A stretch of DNA of 64,000 nt from an uncultured Chloroflexia bacterium (GTDB lineage Bacteria; Chloroflexota; Limnocylindria; Limnocylindrales; CSP1-4). A program made the position numbers and the translations under genes. Location: assembly GCA_963828165.1 (NCBI GenBank), contig CAWHDR010000005.1, forward strand, positions 192,001 to 256,000. Reading direction: 5' to 3'. The number at the start of each line of letters is the position of its first letter. Positions within the stretch are counted from its first letter, which is position 1. The notes beneath the pieces were generated by a model. It saw nothing but the letters and a program-made list of their open reading frames with translations, was not told the DNA's origin and did no database searches. This document shows, piece by piece, positions 50,133-61,088 of this stretch.

Positions 50133-50989
50133 CCTGCGAGCACCCCGAGCTCGACGGATTCCACGTCGGGAAAGTCCGTGCCGAACAGGCGGCCGGCCAG
50201 GGTCCCGAATCGCTCGGCGTCGCCGGTCGTCAGCTGGCGATGCGTAGCCGGCTCGTCGGCGCTCCCCTCCAGCCCGTTCACGCTGAGCAGCTCGGCCAGG
50301 GCCGAGGCGGTGGCGGTGGCCGAATCCACGATGGCCACGCCCTCGCCGACGATGCCCGCGATGATCGGGCTCAGCAGCGGGTAGTGGGTGCAGCCCAGCA
50401 GCAGCGTGTCGATCGTGGCGCCGGGCGGGCGGGGAAAGATCGACTCGCCGTCGGCATCGCGCTCGCCGAGCAGCGCCGCCAGGCTCGCTGCCACGGTCGC
50501 CTCCGCTGACGGCCCGGACAGATCGCCCGCCTCCACCATCGGGACCAGGTCGGGCGTGGCGTGCTCATAGACCTCGACGGCCGGGTTCTCGTCCTTGATC
50601 GCGTTGAAATACGCGTGGGAGCGGATCGTGGCCGGCGTCGCGATGACCCCGACACGGCGGTTGCGGGTCGCCAGGGCCGCCGCCGACGCGCCCGGGCGGA
50701 TGACGCCCAGGACCGGCAGGTCGTAGCGCCGCCGGAACGCCGCGATGCCGACCGCCGTGGAGGTGTTGCACGCCACGACGAGCGCCTTGACGTCGCGCTC
50801 GACGAGGGCATCGAGCGATTGGGTCGAGAAGGTCAGGACCTGCTCGTCGGGCCGGACGCCGTAGGGCGCCCTGGCATTGTCGCCGAGGTAGATGGTCGAC
50901 TCGTGCGGTGAGCGCCGGACGATCTCACGCAGGACCGTCAGACCGCCCACCCCCGAGTCGAAGACACCGATCGGTCGGGGATCGGACAC
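50129..50989 (-). CDS. murI: Glutamate racemase
   Basis: IGVFDSGVGGLTV, ACNT, LGCTHYP. Confidence 0.96.
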   Translation of the reverse strand: MSDPRPIGVFDSGVGGLTVLREIVRRSPHESTIYLGDNARAPYGVRPDEQVLTFSTQSLDALVERDVKALVVACNTSTAVGIAAFRRRYDLPVLGVIRPGASAAALATRNRRVGVIATPATIRSHAYFNAIKDENPAVEVYEHATPDLVPMVEAGDLSGPSAEATVAASLAALLGERDADGESIFPRPPGATIDTLLLGCTHYPLLSPIIAGIVGEGVAIVDSATATASALAELLSVNGLEGSADEPATHRQLTTGDAERFGTLAGRLFGTDFPDVESVELGVLAG

Positions 50990-50995
50990 GACGGC

Positions 50996-52150
50996 CTATT
51001 GCTGCCCGGCGCCCACGGGCATGCGCGCGGCGCCCATGAGCTCGGTGGCGACCCTGGCGATGTCCCGGCTCACGGCGGCATTCGGGTCGGCGAGGACGAA
51101 CGGCACGCCTTCGTTGTTCGAGCGGACGACGAGCTGGCCGTCGGATACGACGCTGTGCTCGGGCACGCGTCCGAGGGCCTTGTTGAGGTCGTCGGGCGCG
51201 ATGCCGCCGGCGCTGTCGGCCCGGTTGATGAGGTAGCGCACCTTGGAGGCGGGGTAGCCGATCGAACGGAACGTGTCGGCCATCGCGATCGTATTGTGGA
51301 TCGTCGTCGAGTCGTACGTGACGATCTCGACGATCGTGTCACTCGCGTCGAGGAACGCGAGGTTGATGTCGTTGATCTGGCTCGACATGTCGATCACGAT
51401 CGAGGTGTACACGCGGCGCAGAAGCGACAGGATCTTGTCGAGGTCCCGCGCGGTGATCATCTCGGCCATCTCGATGCGCGGCGGCGCCAGCAGGATGTCG
51501 ATCCCGGACGGGTCGCGCCAGAGCACGTCGGACAGGTCCAATTCGGAGATCCGGTCCGTCGGCAGGTCGAGGATCGACGGTGCGTCGTGGGGGACCTTGA
51601 GCAGCGAGCGCAGGTCGCCGAACTGGACGCTGCCGTCGATGAGCACGGTCTTCTGGCCGAGCTGGCCCATCGCGACGGCCATGTTGAACGCGATCGTCGT
51701 CTTCCCGACACCACCTTTCGGGGCGAAGATCGAGAACACGCGGTTCGACTCCGTCGAGGAGGTCGCGTCGAACTCCTTGCGGACCCCGGAGATCCGGTTC
51801 ATGAGGTCGAACCCTGAGAACGGCATCGCGAGGACGCCGTGGATCCCATTGGCGGGGTCGACCTCGACCGGGTTCTGCGGAACGGTCAGCACGATCACCG
51901 GCACGTTGAGCTTGGCCTCGTGGATCTTGTCCACCAGCTGCGGGCCCTTGATCCGGCCCTGGAGCAGGTGATCCACGAGCACGACGTCGGGGCGCAGCTC
52001 GCCGATCTGGGTGAGCGCCTTGCCTCCGTCCGTCAGGACATCGAGGACCTTGACCGTCTGCTGCGCGTTGAGCAGGCCGCGGATGTACTGGGCGACCTGC
52101 GGGACGTCCTCGACGATCAGCAGCCGGGTCTGGTCAGTGCGGTTCGACAT
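50996..52150 (-). CDS. Receiver-domain MinD/ParA ATPase (CpaE/TadZ-like)
   Basis: REC domain plus KGGVGKTT, SNNEGVP. Confidence 0.85.
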   Translation of the reverse strand: MSNRTDQTRLLIVEDVPQVAQYIRGLLNAQQTVKVLDVLTDGGKALTQIGELRPDVVLVDHLLQGRIKGPQLVDKIHEAKLNVPVIVLTVPQNPVEVDPANGIHGVLAMPFSGFDLMNRISGVRKEFDATSSTESNRVFSIFAPKGGVGKTTIAFNMAVAMGQLGQKTVLIDGSVQFGDLRSLLKVPHDAPSILDLPTDRISELDLSDVLWRDPSGIDILLAPPRIEMAEMITARDLDKILSLLRRVYTSIVIDMSSQINDINLAFLDASDTIVEIVTYDSTTIHNTIAMADTFRSIGYPASKVRYLINRADSAGGIAPDDLNKALGRVPEHSVVSDGQLVVRSNNEGVPFVLADPNAAVSRDIARVATELMGAARMPVGAGQQ

Positions 52151-52236
52151 GCGTTTCGACGATACCATGCAGCCCGAGCACGGCGGGCCGGTCCTGCCGG
52201 TCAGGTCGGGAGCTCACGACGCGGGGCTCGGGACGT

Positions 52237-53026
52237 TCAGTTCCGCTCGGCAACGAGCACCGCCCGCTCCGATCCCGGACCGATCGGCGAGAGGTCGTAG
52301 CCGCCGGCCACGATCTCCACGCGCAGGCCGGCCTCGCCGGCGAAAGCCGCGAGCTCGTCCGCCGAGACGAGCCGGAGGCGGTCGTGCCGCACCCATCGAC
52401 GGGGCGCCTCACCCTGACGGCCCTCCTCGTAGATCGCGCTGAGGTTGACCGTATTCGTGGCAGCGTCGTGCTGGGCGGAGCCGGCCTTCGTCACCACCGC
52501 GCCCGTGTCGGGGTCCGTCCGCGGCCACTCGAGCATGATCCGGCCGTCGAAACGGGCGAGATCGTCGGCGTCGGGCAGCCAGGCGTCGACCGCGGCGAGC
52601 CCGCCCGGAGCCAGGTGCGCGGCGAGGGTGCGGAAGGCAGCCCGCTGGGCATCGCGGCTGGCCAGCAGCATGATCGAGTTCAGGGCGATGAACGCGAAGG
52701 CGTATCGACCGGCGTCGGGCAGGCTGCAGATCGAGCAGGTCCGCCTCGACGAAGGCCAGGCGGTCCGGCAACACCCCGGCCGCCTCGGCACGGGTCCGGC
52801 CACGGTCGACCATGGCAGGGTCGATGTCGACGGCCGTGACCTGGTGACCGGCGCGCGCCAGCGGCACGGCGAGACGACCGGTCCCGGCCGCGAGCTCGAG
52901 CACGGGACCGTCCGCCCGGTCGGCGAGCGCGAGATACAGGTCGAGGTCGCCCGGATCGTCCTGGAGATCGAGATCGTAGAGACGGGCGAGGGCGGCCGCC
53001 GTGGCGGGATCGGGCCGGTCGAGCAT
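52237..53026 (-). CDS. Class I SAM methyltransferase, frameshifted near 52725
   Basis: VLELAAGTGR in one frame; ALNS...HLAPGG...AGGYD in another. Confidence 0.82.
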
Positions 53027-53037
53027 GATCCCCGATG

Positions 53038-54114
53038 CTAGCGGGTCGCCCGCTCCACGGGCGGGTCCCATCGGACCGAGGTCCCATCACGGCGGCGGAC
53101 GGCGAGGGCGCTGATCGCCTCGAGCGCCGCCCGGTTGGCGGCCATCGCCGTCGTCTCGGCGTGGTCGTATGGCGGCGACACCTCGACGATGTCCATGCCG
53201 ACGAGATCCACCGCCGCGACGATCTGGCGGATGGCCCGGAGCACTTCGCGCGTGAGCATGCCGCCCGGCTCGGGCGTGCCCGTGCCCGGAGCAAGGCCCG
53301 GATCGATCACGTCGATGTCCACGCTCAGGTAGATGAAGTCGGGGCCGTCCAGGGCTTCCTCGATCGCCTGGGCGACGACGGATTCCGCGCCACGCTCCTC
53401 GATCTCGTGCATGAAGTGGTAGCGGAGGCCCTGCTGCTGCATCCATTCGAACGTCTCGACCGGCGGCCAGTAGCCGCGCAAGCCGACCTGCACGAAGTTC
53501 TTGCCGTTGACCGCACCGGATTCGATCAGACGGCGCATCGGCGTGCCGTGTCCCGCCAGGACCCCCCAGTCGTCGTTCGCCGTGTCGGCATGGGCGTCGA
53601 AGTGGACGATGCCGATGCTCCCGGGGCTGCGCACCTCGGCCACGGCCGTGGCGCTCGGCCACGTGATCGAGTGGTCACCACCGAGCACGATCGGGATCGC
53701 CCCGGTGGCGGCCACGTCACGGACCTTGCGATAGATGAACGCGTGTGCGCGCTCGATCCAGGCGGGCACGATGTTGGCGTCGCCGGCGTCGACGACCTTC
53801 AGGACCTCGAAGGGCTCCACGCCAAGCTGAAGGGAGTTGATCGAGCCTGACGTGTACTGCGCCTCACGGATGGCGCGCGGGCCGAACCGAGCGCCCGGCC
53901 GGTGACTCACGGCGTCGTCGAACGGCGCGCCGATGATCGCGACGTCGACGCCCTGGCGGCGCAGCTCGGCGGGATCGGTGATCCACGGCAGGTTCATGAA
54001 GGTCGTCGGCCCGACGTAGGTCGGCAGCTCGTAGTCGCTGAACTCCTCGAACGGCTGGTCCCAGCCGTTGGCGGCGGCGAAGCCGCGATCGGGGTCGTGG
54101 GGGCGCTCGGCCAC
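53038..54114 (-). CDS. speB: Agmatinase / ureohydrolase
   Basis: GARFGP, GGDHS, DAHAD, SVDIDVIDP..APGTGTPEPGG. Confidence 0.85.
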   Translation of the reverse strand: MAERPHDPDRGFAAANGWDQPFEEFSDYELPTYVGPTTFMNLPWITDPAELRRQGVDVAIIGAPFDDAVSHRPGARFGPRAIREAQYTSGSINSLQLGVEPFEVLKVVDAGDANIVPAWIERAHAFIYRKVRDVAATGAIPIVLGGDHSITWPSATAVAEVRSPGSIGIVHFDAHADTANDDWGVLAGHGTPMRRLIESGAVNGKNFVQVGLRGYWPPVETFEWMQQQGLRYHFMHEIEERGAESVVAQAIEEALDGPDFIYLSVDIDVIDPGLAPGTGTPEPGGMLTREVLRAIRQIVAAVDLVGMDIVEVSPPYDHAETTAMAANRAALEAISALAVRRRDGTSVRWDPPVERATR

Positions 54115-54378
54115 GTGATTCCTCCGGAGACGGGCGCGGGCCGACGGTCGTGGCCGCGTCAGGGATCCATCTCGCTGGGGGCGCCGCCGGTTCGAAACGA
54201 GCGTCCAGCGGGGCGCGCCGGACTCGATGGTAGCACCGGCCCGGAGTGGTGATGTTGGCCGAGTTCAGGCCTGGTGAGGCTTGTTGATAGTCGCCTGCAA
54301 CCAAGGACCAGCCGGGTGGCGTTCGTCCCTCGCGCATGGGTGGCTATGGTGGAGGCCCCCCTGACAAGGAGATGCTCG

Positions 54379-54594
54379 ATGCAAGCGACACAGCCGGGCC
54401 GGACCGCCTCGCCGGTCGACAACCGCACCTACAACGTCATGCAGGCGCTGGTCTCGAAGCTCGAGGCCATCGAGGCGTATCGGAAGTACTCCATGGACGA
54501 CGGCGGCGAGCTGTTCACCCAACTCATCGCAGACGAGGAGCGCCACGCGCAGCAGCTCCTGGACGAGCTCCGGGGCTGCCTGAACGCGTCCTGA
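54379..54594 (+). CDS. Small ferritin-like four-helix protein
   Basis: AAGGAG RBS; YN...L..KLEAI..Y..Y..D...DEERH. Confidence 0.7.
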   Translation: MQATQPGRTASPVDNRTYNVMQALVSKLEAIEAYRKYSMDDGGELFTQLIADEERHAQQLLDELRGCLNAS

Positions 54595-54889
54595 CTTCGG
54601 GCCGCACCTGTGGCGTCGACGGCATCAGCAAATCGGGGAGTCGCTGCGCCTCCGGATGGCTGCGAGATCCTGTGAAGCTGTTGGGTCATCCGGAGTTCGA
54701 TAGCGCGGCTTGCACCGCCCTCCCCGAGGTCGTCATCGCTTGGGCCGGTCAACGTGACGTCAGCTGGTCGGTACAGGTAGGCGCCACCGCGTGTTCGGTC
54801 GGTTTCCGCGATGCGCCCGAGTACAACACGAGGTCGCGTCTCATGGGATCTCGAGGCGGCCATCGACCGGATTCGGCGGCAGCGTATCG

Positions 54890-56092
54890 TCAAGTCGTCG
54901 AGCGGAACTCCGCCCAGGCCGCCTCGACGAGGGCCGGATCGCAGAACAGCTCGACCGCGGTCTGGGCCACGAGCGTCGCTGCGAGCAGCGTCGTCTCGTC
55001 CGCGCGCGGCGTCGCAGCCGCGTCGCGGAACAGGATCGAATGCCCCGGGACGCCCTCGTCGCAGATGGCGAGATCCGGGTGGATCGCCGGGCAGACCCAG
55101 CTGACGTTGGCCATATCCGTGCTGCCGGCGTTGGGGTCGTCGCCCATGTCGTCGATGCCGTAGGCGGCCATGTTCGCCCGAAATCGATCGGCGAGGACCA
55201 GGTTGTTGCGCATCGTCGTCGCGCCCCCCGACACGGTGACCTCGACCGTCGTCCCGGTGGCCAGGGCCGCGGCCTCGCACATCTCCCTGAAGCGGGTCTT
55301 GATCTCGTCGTAATAGGTTTGGTCGTCGCTGCGCAGCATGAACCACGCCGAGGTCCGGTCCGGGATGATGTTGGCGGCCGTCCCGCCTTCCCGGATGATG
55401 CCGTGGACCCGCGAGGTCGGCTTGAGCTGCTGTCGCCACAGTCCGACCGAGCTGAACAGCGTGATCATGGCATCGAGGGCGTTCCGCCCCTTCCACGGAT
55501 CGGCGGCCGCGTGGGATTGCAGCCCGCTGAACACCACCTCGACGTCCTCGGACGCGAGGGGGTGGCTCTCGACGTGGTTCCGGTCGCACGGGTGGTACAG
55601 AAGGGCGGCATCGAGACCGGCGAACAGGCCGTCGTCGATCATGATCTGCTTGCCGCTCCCCCGTTCCTCGGCCGGTGTCCCGAGGAACACGATCTCGCCC
55701 GCGAGGTCGTCGGCGACCGCGGCCAGGGCGATCGCCGCGCCGATTCCCGACGCGGCCATCGTGTTATGGCCGCAGCCGTGGCCGAGACCCGGCAGGGCGT
55801 CGTACTCAGCGAGGATCCCGATGCGTGGGCCGTCGCCGCGACCACCGGGGAACGTCGCCCGGACCGCCGTAGCGAGGCTGCCCGCCGGGTGTTGGACCTC
55901 GAACCCGTGTTCCCGGAGGACCTCGGCGACCCAGGTGGCCGCCCGGTGCTCCTCGAAGGCCGGCTCCGGGTTGGCGTGGATGCGGTGGGAGAGGTCGATG
56001 ATCTCGGCGCGGGCGCTTTCCACGGCGGCCGCGATCCGGGCCTTGAGATCGACGTGTGGCTCGGCGGGTCGAACCGCGGTGCGGTCAGGCAC
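54890..56092 (-). CDS. M20 family amidohydrolase (ACY1L2-like)
   Basis: HANPE, AEYDALP, HGCGHN, GTPAEE, GSTDMANVS. Confidence 0.9.
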   Translation of the reverse strand: MPDRTAVRPAEPHVDLKARIAAAVESARAEIIDLSHRIHANPEPAFEEHRAATWVAEVLREHGFEVQHPAGSLATAVRATFPGGRGDGPRIGILAEYDALPGLGHGCGHNTMAASGIGAAIALAAVADDLAGEIVFLGTPAEERGSGKQIMIDDGLFAGLDAALLYHPCDRNHVESHPLASEDVEVVFSGLQSHAAADPWKGRNALDAMITLFSSVGLWRQQLKPTSRVHGIIREGGTAANIIPDRTSAWFMLRSDDQTYYDEIKTRFREMCEAAALATGTTVEVTVSGGATTMRNNLVLADRFRANMAAYGIDDMGDDPNAGSTDMANVSWVCPAIHPDLAICDEGVPGHSILFRDAAATPRADETTLLAATLVAQTAVELFCDPALVEAAWAEFRSTT

Positions 56093-56169
56093 GGATCCTC
56101 CGAAGCGATGGGTGGGTGCGGCGCGCCAGGGCCGCCGGCCGATGGTAGCGTCGCTCGGAGGACCAGGTG

Positions 56170-56544
56170 TCAGCGTTCCGCCGAGAGCGTCGCCTCCGCC
56201 ACCGACGCGAGCGCGAGGATGAACAGCGCGATCGGCAGCTCGAGCGCTCCCTGCAGGCGAAGCACGATGAAGATCGCCACGATCAGCCCGACCCAGCCGC
56301 CACGGCGTGCCGCTCGGGTCCAGTCGCCCTGGTAGGCGATCCGGCGGTGTCGTCCGAAGACCAGGAGCCAGGCCACCGGGGTCGTCGTGAGGCCCACCGC
56401 CAGCCCGATGAGCACCGCCCCGATGAACCCTGCCACGGGATCGGCGATGGGATCGCGGGTCGTGACGATCAGGCCAACCAGCAGCCACACGACACCGGCC
56501 GCAGCGAAGATCGCGAGGTTGAGCAGCCGGTCGCGGGATTCCAT
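56170..56544 (-). CDS. Hypothetical 4-TM membrane protein
   Basis: Four hydrophobic segments; -10 TAGACT 8 nt before the ATG. Confidence 0.75.
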   Translation of the reverse strand: MESRDRLLNLAIFAAAGVVWLLVGLIVTTRDPIADPVAGFIGAVLIGLAVGLTTTPVAWLLVFGRHRRIAYQGDWTRAARRGGWVGLIVAIFIVLRLQGALELPIALFILALASVAEATLSAER

Positions 56545-56710
56545 GCGCAGCGAGTCTAGGGTGTCGGCTCCGTCCCATGCCCATGGCCGCAGGAAGCGCT
56601 CGAGTCGCATGATCGATCCGTGCCCTCCATCAGCGCGAGCGAGCGTGGGCGCTCCCCCGGACCGGGCACGATGGCGGCCCTCGTCCGGCCTGTCACCTTG
56701 GGCGAATGAC

Positions 56711-59700
56711 CTATCGGGCGCCGGCCACGCTCGATGGGCAGATGTCGCGGAACGGGCACCACGAGCAGGCCATCGCGTCCGGCGTAGCCGTGTAGTCGCG
56801 AGCCCGGATTCCAGCGGCTGCCGTGGCGATCCGCTCGCGCGCCTTGGCGAGCCGCTTCGGGTCCACGTCCACCTTCCCGACGAGCCCCGAATCGAGGAAA
56901 TGAAGCGCGACCTTGTCCGGCAGCCGGCCCGTCATCGCCTCGTACCCCATCGCGTAGATCTGCAGCTGCAGCGATTCTCGGGCACGCTGGCGGGCACGAG
57001 CGGGGTCGCGCAGGTCGGACGACTTGTAATCCGTGATCGTCACGTGCTCACGGCCCAGGATCCCCAGGGTCGGGGTGACGTGGTCGGCGGATGGCGCTGT
57101 CACGTCGAGATCGGCGGGAGCCTCGCCGGTGCAGCGGCTCGACGTCGACCCGGTCCCACCGGCCGCGGACGCGGTCGCCGCCCAAAGAGAAGCTGAACTC
57201 GCGCTCGACGTAGGTCGGGATGACCGCGCCCGGAAGCATCTGCTCCTCACGGAACCGGCGCAGGGCCACTCGGGCCCCGGCCAGACGTGCCTCCTCGTGT
57301 TCGCGGCTCACGAATCCCTCGTTCGACCAGGCCGAGTCCAGGACGTCGTCGAGCTCGGCCTCCGACATCACGTGCCCGCGGGCATGGCGGTGGTGAAAGA
57401 GCTGGACCACCTTGTGCATGGCCGACCCGTACACGAGCGCGTGATGCGGGGCCGTCGGGACCCGCAGGACGTGGCCGTACTTGTACTTGAGCGGACAGGT
57501 CAGGTACGCGTCGATCTGGCCGAAGCTGAGGCTGAGCGGCTCGTCGATCGGGCCGCGTTCCGCCTCGACCGGGGCATCCACGGCGGCGAACGACGCGAGC
57601 CGCTCCTCCGCGGAGGCCGGGGTGAGGCCCGCACCCGGCGTCGAGGCAGCGGGCAGGTCGAGCGCCTCCAGGACGAACGGTGAGACTCGGCGCGCACGGG
57701 CGCCTCCGTAGTCCGCGGCGTGCGACAGGATCAGTTCGTCCCGGGCCCGGGTCATCGCCACGTAGCACAGGCGCCGTTCCTCGGCGAGGGACCGCTCCGC
57801 GGTCGGCGGATCGCCACGGCCCAGACCGGCCGGCAAGGTCAGTGCCTCCCCTCGGCCGTTGCCGGGGAAGCGACCCGCCACCATCCCCGGGAGATAGACG
57901 ACCGGGAACTCCAGGCCCTTCGCCTTGTGGATCGTGAGGACCGCGACCGCATCCGCGTCAGGGTCGAGATCGGCGGTCGCCGGGTCGTCGCCCGCTTCGA
58001 TGAGCGTCTGCAGGTGGCCGGCCACGAACATCGCCCGGTCGTCCGCAAGGAGCGCCGACTGGGCCCGGATGATGTCGAAGAATCGGGCGACGTTGCCGAG
58101 GCCCTCTTCGGCGGCAGTGGTCGGGGTCCGGGCCAGGCGGGCGAGCATCCCGCTGTCGCGAAGGAACGCGTAGAGGACCTCCCCGGCCGGGCGGTCGTGG
58201 GCCATCGCGGTGTAGCGGGTCACGTCCACGACCAGCCGATGCACGCCCGCGCGGGTCACCGGCGAGACTCGCAGGATGCCGGGCTGCCGCTCGAGTTCGT
58301 CGAGGGTCGCCCAGACCGAATGGTGGCGTCGTCGCGCGGTGTTCACGATCGCCGTGAGGTCCTCGCCACCCAGGCCGTAGACCTCTGACGATGCGAGCGC
58401 GTACAGGTCCACGCTCGATTCGGGGTCTGCCACCGCTCGGAGGAATGCCATGAGCAGGCGCACCTCCGGGCGAGCGTACAAGCCGGACGAACCGGAGAAA
58501 CGCCACGGGATCCCGGCCACGTTCAGCGCCCGCAGGACCGGGTCGGCGTGGCCGTTGGCGCGGACGAGGACAGCGTGGTCGCGTGGTCTTGCGCCGGCGG
58601 CGATCCGAGCCGCGATGTCCGACGCGATCCAGTCCGCCTCCTCCGACCCGGTGGTGAATGCCTCCAGCCGGACCGGCGCCGCGCCCGGTTCGCGCCGCTC
58701 CGGCTTCAATCGCTTGCTGATGCTGGTCCGGACCTCGAGGCGATCCGGATCGTTGAACCGAACCAGCCGGTACGAGGCGTCGAGGATCGGCGCGAGCGAC
58801 CGATAGTTCCGTCGCAGCACGACGGTCCTCGCGCTCCCGTATCGCGCCTCGAAGTCGAGGATGTTGTCCACCGCCGCCCCGCGGAACGCATAGATCGCCT
58901 GGTCGTCGTCGCCGACGACCGTGACGTTGCGGTGGGGCTCCGCGAGCAGCGAGACGAGCTCCGCCTGGGCCCGGTTGGTGTCCTGGAACTCGTCGACCAG
59001 GATGTACCGGAAGCGGCCGGCGATGGCCGTGCGTGCCGCCGCGGAGTCCCGCACGAGTCGCAGCGCGAGCGCCACCTGGTCCCCGAAATCGATGAACCCG
59101 TTGGCGGCCAGCAGCTCCTGGTACCGGCCGAACGCCCGCGCGAGCTCCAGCTGCCGGCGACTGTCCTCCGCTAGCGCGGCTGCAGCCTCAGCCCCCGAGC
59201 CTCCGGGCTCGCTCATCCCGGCGAGTGCCTGCGCCTCCGCGGCGACACGGTCCGCATACGTCGAATAGGTCGACGGGGTGATGTCTTCGTCCTTGCAGCG
59301 GCTGAAGAGTGTTGCGAGGGCGCCCAGGAACCGCGTCGGGTCGCCGAGCGGCCGGTACTCCTGCAGATCGAACTCGTAGAGATGCTCGCGCAGGAAGATC
59401 ACGACCTCCGCCCGCGACAGGACGCGGACATCCGGCGCCAGCCCGAGCTCGAGCGCGTACTCGCGGATGAGCCGGTCGCCGAAGGCGTGGAAGGTGGCGA
59501 TGGAGGTGTCCGTGTAGCCATACGGGACGAGCTGGTCCACCCGGACCGCCATCTCGTCCGCCGCCTTGTCCGTGAAGGTCAGTGCGAGGATCTCCGAGGG
59601 CTTCGCCCGACGCGAAGCGATCAACCACGCGATCCGGCGCGTGATGACCTGGGTCTTGCCGGTTCCGGCCCCCGCGACCACGAGCATGGGCCCATCTCCG

Positions 59701-59924
59701 TGCGTCACCGCGCGGAGCTGATCTGGGTTCAGCCCGCCGAGCAACGCCTCCATGCCGCTCTGGCCCTCCGTCACGCCCGTGGCGGGCGGGTCCATGACCG
59801 GGACGAGCTCGCGCCAGGCGGGGATCTGCTCGAGCGGCATCGGCCCGCGCCGGCGAGCGCGGACGACCGGTCGGGTCACGGTGATGGGGATCCGGGCGGG
59901 CGTCGGGTCAGCGATGGGGGCCAT
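56711..59924 (-). CDS. UvrD/PcrA-like helicase fused to PD-(D/E)XK nuclease, frameshifted near 57130
   Basis: AGAGTGKT, DEFQDTN, TIHKAKGLEF, EERRLCYVAMTRA. Nuclease GRWDRVD and DYKS, QLQIY, CSWCPFRDIC are split over two frames. Confidence 0.88.
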
Positions 59925-59961
59925 GTGCGCACCTTCGCCGACCGCTGTGACACCTAGGCTG

Positions 59962-60453
59962 TCAGGCGCTGGCCTGACGGATGGCCGCGCTCTCTTCCTC
60001 GGACAGGGCCGCATCCGAGCGGCCCGCGCGGATCGACTTCGCGTACACGCGGGTGCCCTGCCGGGCGTGAAGGCTGGACAGGACCCAGCCGTTCCCCTCG
60101 GCGTCGAGAAGGGCCAGGGCGAAGCTCTGATTCCCGCCGGTCTCCTCGAACGGGTTGTAGCGCACGAGCCCGACCCGCTGGAAGGCGCGCAGCCCCGCTG
60201 TCTCCAACGCCTCGGTCCGGGCCGTCAGTCGTTCGACCTCCCGGGCGACGCCGTGGACCTTCTCGAGGTGCGCCCCGAGCACGTCCTCCAGGCTCTGCCC
60301 TTCCTCCCCGCGGGTGATGCCGCGGAGCCGTCCGTCCACGCGGCCGACGCGCCTTGCCAGAAGGATCACCAGCAGGAGGAGTAGGAGCATCGCAACGGCG
60401 AATGCCGCGACCACCGGGCCGAGATATGGCTGAACAAGGGCGTTCAGATCGAT
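59962..60453 (-). CDS. DUF4446 family protein
   Basis: VGLVRYNPF..TGGNQSFALALLD...LSEEE; start uncertain. Confidence 0.82.
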   Translation of the reverse strand: MDLNALVQPYLGPVVAAFAVAMLLLLLLVILLARRVGRVDGRLRGITRGEEGQSLEDVLGAHLEKVHGVAREVERLTARTEALETAGLRAFQRVGLVRYNPFEETGGNQSFALALLDAEGNGWVLSSLHARQGTRVYAKSIRAGRSDAALSEEESAAIRQASA

Positions 60454-60614
60454 GGGGTGGGTCCTCCAGGAAGGGTCGTCCGAGTCTAGCAGGGCCTCCT
60501 CACCCGCCACGCACCCCGCGGCCGACGCCGGAACGGGGTGCTATCCTCTGCCGCTGGCGGATGCGTTCGCGCGCTCTCTTCGATCCGACCGCCACCAGGA
60601 GGCCCTTCGAACCC

Positions 60615-61028
60615 ATGGCCAAGCGTGCCCGCGGCACCACCCGACCCGGCCAGCGCGCCCCGCTCCAGCGCTCGAGCTCGTCGGCCCGCCAGCCCCTCGC
60701 CGTTCCCCCGCTCGGGAGCCCGACGGCTACGCCTCGCCCAGCGACGCTGACCCCGGAGGAGGAGGCGCGCGCCGCCGAGATCGAGGCACGACTCGTCGCC
60801 GCCGAACGCTCGGCCGAGGAGGCGGCCCGCCGCCAGGTCCGCGGGCGACGCGTCACGGAACGTGAGGTCCCGGTCCGTACCGGCTCGATCGCGGTGCGCG
60901 CCTCAGAGGAGTACGCCTACGTCATCCGCGACGTCAAGCGGATCGCGCTGATCGGTGGCTCGATGCTGGTCCTGCTGATCGTGCTCTGGGTCCTGAGCCA
61001 GGCCGGCGTCGCACCCATCGCGGCCTGA
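60615..61028 (+). CDS. Hypothetical protein with C-terminal TM
   Basis: EEYAYVIRDVKRI plus TM; -10 TATCCT upstream. Confidence 0.7.
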   Translation: MAKRARGTTRPGQRAPLQRSSSSARQPLAVPPLGSPTATPRPATLTPEEEARAAEIEARLVAAERSAEEAARRQVRGRRVTEREVPVRTGSIAVRASEEYAYVIRDVKRIALIGGSMLVLLIVLWVLSQAGVAPIAA

Positions 61029-61088
61029 TCCCCGGGGACGTTCCGGCGGCCGGATCCTCAGGCCGTCGCGGCGGCCCGCCGCGCCACG

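Noticed and set aside
54595-54889. Unassigned ~300-bp gap, possibly a small gene or remnant
   Set aside because: No convincing ORF, repeat or RNA motif recognised.
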